In this document: piece after piece, positions 62,240-64,000 of the stretch
Position numbering within the stretch: position 1 is the stretch's first letter
Layout of the letters: every line of letters starts with the position of its first letter
Origin: Psammoneis japonica
Lineage: Eukaryota
NCBI GenBank assembly: GCA_008632985.1
Contig: QPGO01000148.1
Location: 62,001-126,000 of the forward strand
DNA length: 64,000 bases
Direction of reading: 5' to 3'
Translations under genes and position numbers: made by a program
The notes under the pieces: model-generated
What the model was told of the DNA's origin: nothing
The model's database searches: none
Seen by the model: the letters and a program-made list of their open reading frames with translations, nothing else

Positions 62240-62722
62240 GGTGTTGTTGTGCGTTATCGTGTTGTTTGCGCGCGAAGACCACGGGATCTATTTATCCGAT
62301 AATAACTCTGTTTTGGTAATAGTAGATGTTTTACTGTATTCAATCTGAAAATATTTTGAGAAGCGCTTCGGGGCGACCTTGTTCGCACCGTTAAATAGAA
62401 ATTTTTTTTATCCAGATTCCAGAGTTCTTTCGGGGTGTTCTGTCAGACTTTTGAGTTGGTATATACATATATTAGAGGCCTTAGCAAAATCAATGATATG
62501 TAATAGCCTCAGAGACCAACATAAATTTATGTTCCATGTAGACCACGTAGATTGTGTACCGGCGGAAAATCCACGGCATGTCAATCACTCAGTAGTAATT
62601 CTACGTATATCCTACTTACACCTCACACACGTACACACACCTACACAGTCTAATAACCGCGCACACGTGCGCGAGATCATTTCAAATTGTTCAGAGGACG
62701 AACAACCGACAACGAGAACGAG

Positions 62723-63847
62723 GATGAAGAAGAGAACGATTTCCGATATGGGTGACTTTGTGTGGGAGTTGCAACGCACTAACGCGACCCTCTTTTCCGT
62801 CAAGAATTTTCGAATTACCGACTTTTGCTTCACACTGCGGTGGCCGTGGCCGTGTTGAGAGAATTCGGAACCATTTTGGATGAAGACTTGCAATCGGCCA
62901 CGTAACTCATCTTATTGGGGGCTGCGCGGAGAAGTCAGAATCAAAGGAGCTCTTGACGGTCTGGTGAATAATGGCGAAATTACAGAAGGACTCTGTCAAG
63001 GAAGGAGTGGTTTGGTTACATAATATGATAAGGCGGCTAGAAGGACACATGATATTGTATTCACCAACTACCAGTGGTCGTAGAACCCAGTTTGGGATGA
63101 ATTCACAGACAGCAACGAGACAAGACGTCTGAACAGCTTCTTACCGACGATGGCTTATTTTGAAAGAGAAAAACCCGAGTTTGAGCCATTCAAACAAAGT
63201 TATACTGGTGGCACGGTCCATTTCCCTGTGTTGCTGCCAATCACGGCTGTCCGGAAAACCAAACTTGCCGGCGAAAGCGAAGCGCCTGAGGGAAGATCAA
63301 GCGCAGACGATTGGAATCGCTCTGGCGGTGCCGTCGTTGTGTACAAGTCAATTTTCGCGACGTTCTAGACGAACTCCCTGTCTTCGATGATACGCTGGGT
63401 GAGGTTCTATTCCTTTTTCGATGCTCGTAGAAAAAGGAGATATTCAGGGCTGCTACCACATACTTGATACGGCAGTACTGGAACTGTTGTTGGCGATTAC
63501 AAAGGCGAGTAGGATACTGCGTTTCTTGAGGATCCGTCTACAGGTAGCGACAGGAATGCGATGGATGAGTTTTCTTCAAAAGCCACAACAGAATATACGC
63601 AGTTGTACCTTAATAATGAGATGGGAACCACCGAGCGCCGAGGTCTCCGACACAGATCGTGAAGCGCCAGTTGCCGTTGCGGAAGAGTTGAGTAAACTTT
63701 ATAGGGATAAAATGGATTTCATTGGAAGCTCAATTGGTGCGATCAATACTGTATGGGGGCTGGGCGGAAATTTCCAGTTTATGCAAAATGCTCTCGGTAC
63801 AATCTTGGACGATATTGAGAAGATTCGAAACGCCTTCAAATTTTCGG
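62723..63847 (+). pseudogene. Disrupted coding sequence, possibly an MCTP/PRT_C-like fragment; may continue past the window
   Basis: Protein-like pieces in several frames. MQNALGTILDDIEKIRNAF resembles the PRT_C motif QNxLGxxxxxxExxxNxF and is followed by a GTAAG donor at 63848. Confidence 0.35.
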
Positions 63848-64000
63848 TAAGTTAAGATTGAATTGATCTGAGGCATCCAGCGAGTAAAGTTGTTCTCATT
63901 AAATGTTATTGCTGAGATTGTAGGATCCGATCAAGTCTTCGATTTTGCTTCTTGCCTTGTTTGCGCTATCTTTGTTTTTGGCTCTGGTGCCCACGAGAGC

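Overview
Eukaryotic nuclear DNA, most likely a diatom. This is inferred from short GT-AG introns, a bipartite plastid-targeting 'AEAAF' leader and diatom-style type II membrane proteins. The window is a mosaic of two compartments. (A) Four islands of normal composition (~10.4-18.7, ~23.6-27.5, ~31.1-33.5, ~49.0-64.0 kb) hold mostly intact genes: nitroreductase, a Vps34-like PI-kinase, a sulfotransferase-like protein, an ankyrin protein, a double claudin-like protein, a lumazine-binding/NTF2-like protein, a securin-like D-box protein, a plastid DprA-like protein, a TBC1D20-like protein and an FG-GAP propeller protein. (B) Four blocks (~1-10.3, ~18.7-23.5, ~27.6-31.1, ~33.6-49.0 kb; about half the window) have almost no TpA, are often CpG-poor, and are rich in TpG/CpA. 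These blocks hold only relics: a MULE transposase, a 2.2-kb MULE-like element with TIRs and a 9-bp TSD, an intron-containing DNA polymerase alpha copy and a Grx-TrxR fragment. In the relics, conserved Tyr codons (TAY) read as Cys, His or Arg (TGY, CAY, CGY). The main finding is an apparent domain-restricted TpA->TpG/CpA (A:T->G:C) hypermutation of repeats and duplicates. It runs opposite to fungal RIP and is a candidate genome-defence system. No enzyme for it is visible in this window. All composition statements are by-eye readings, not computed counts.
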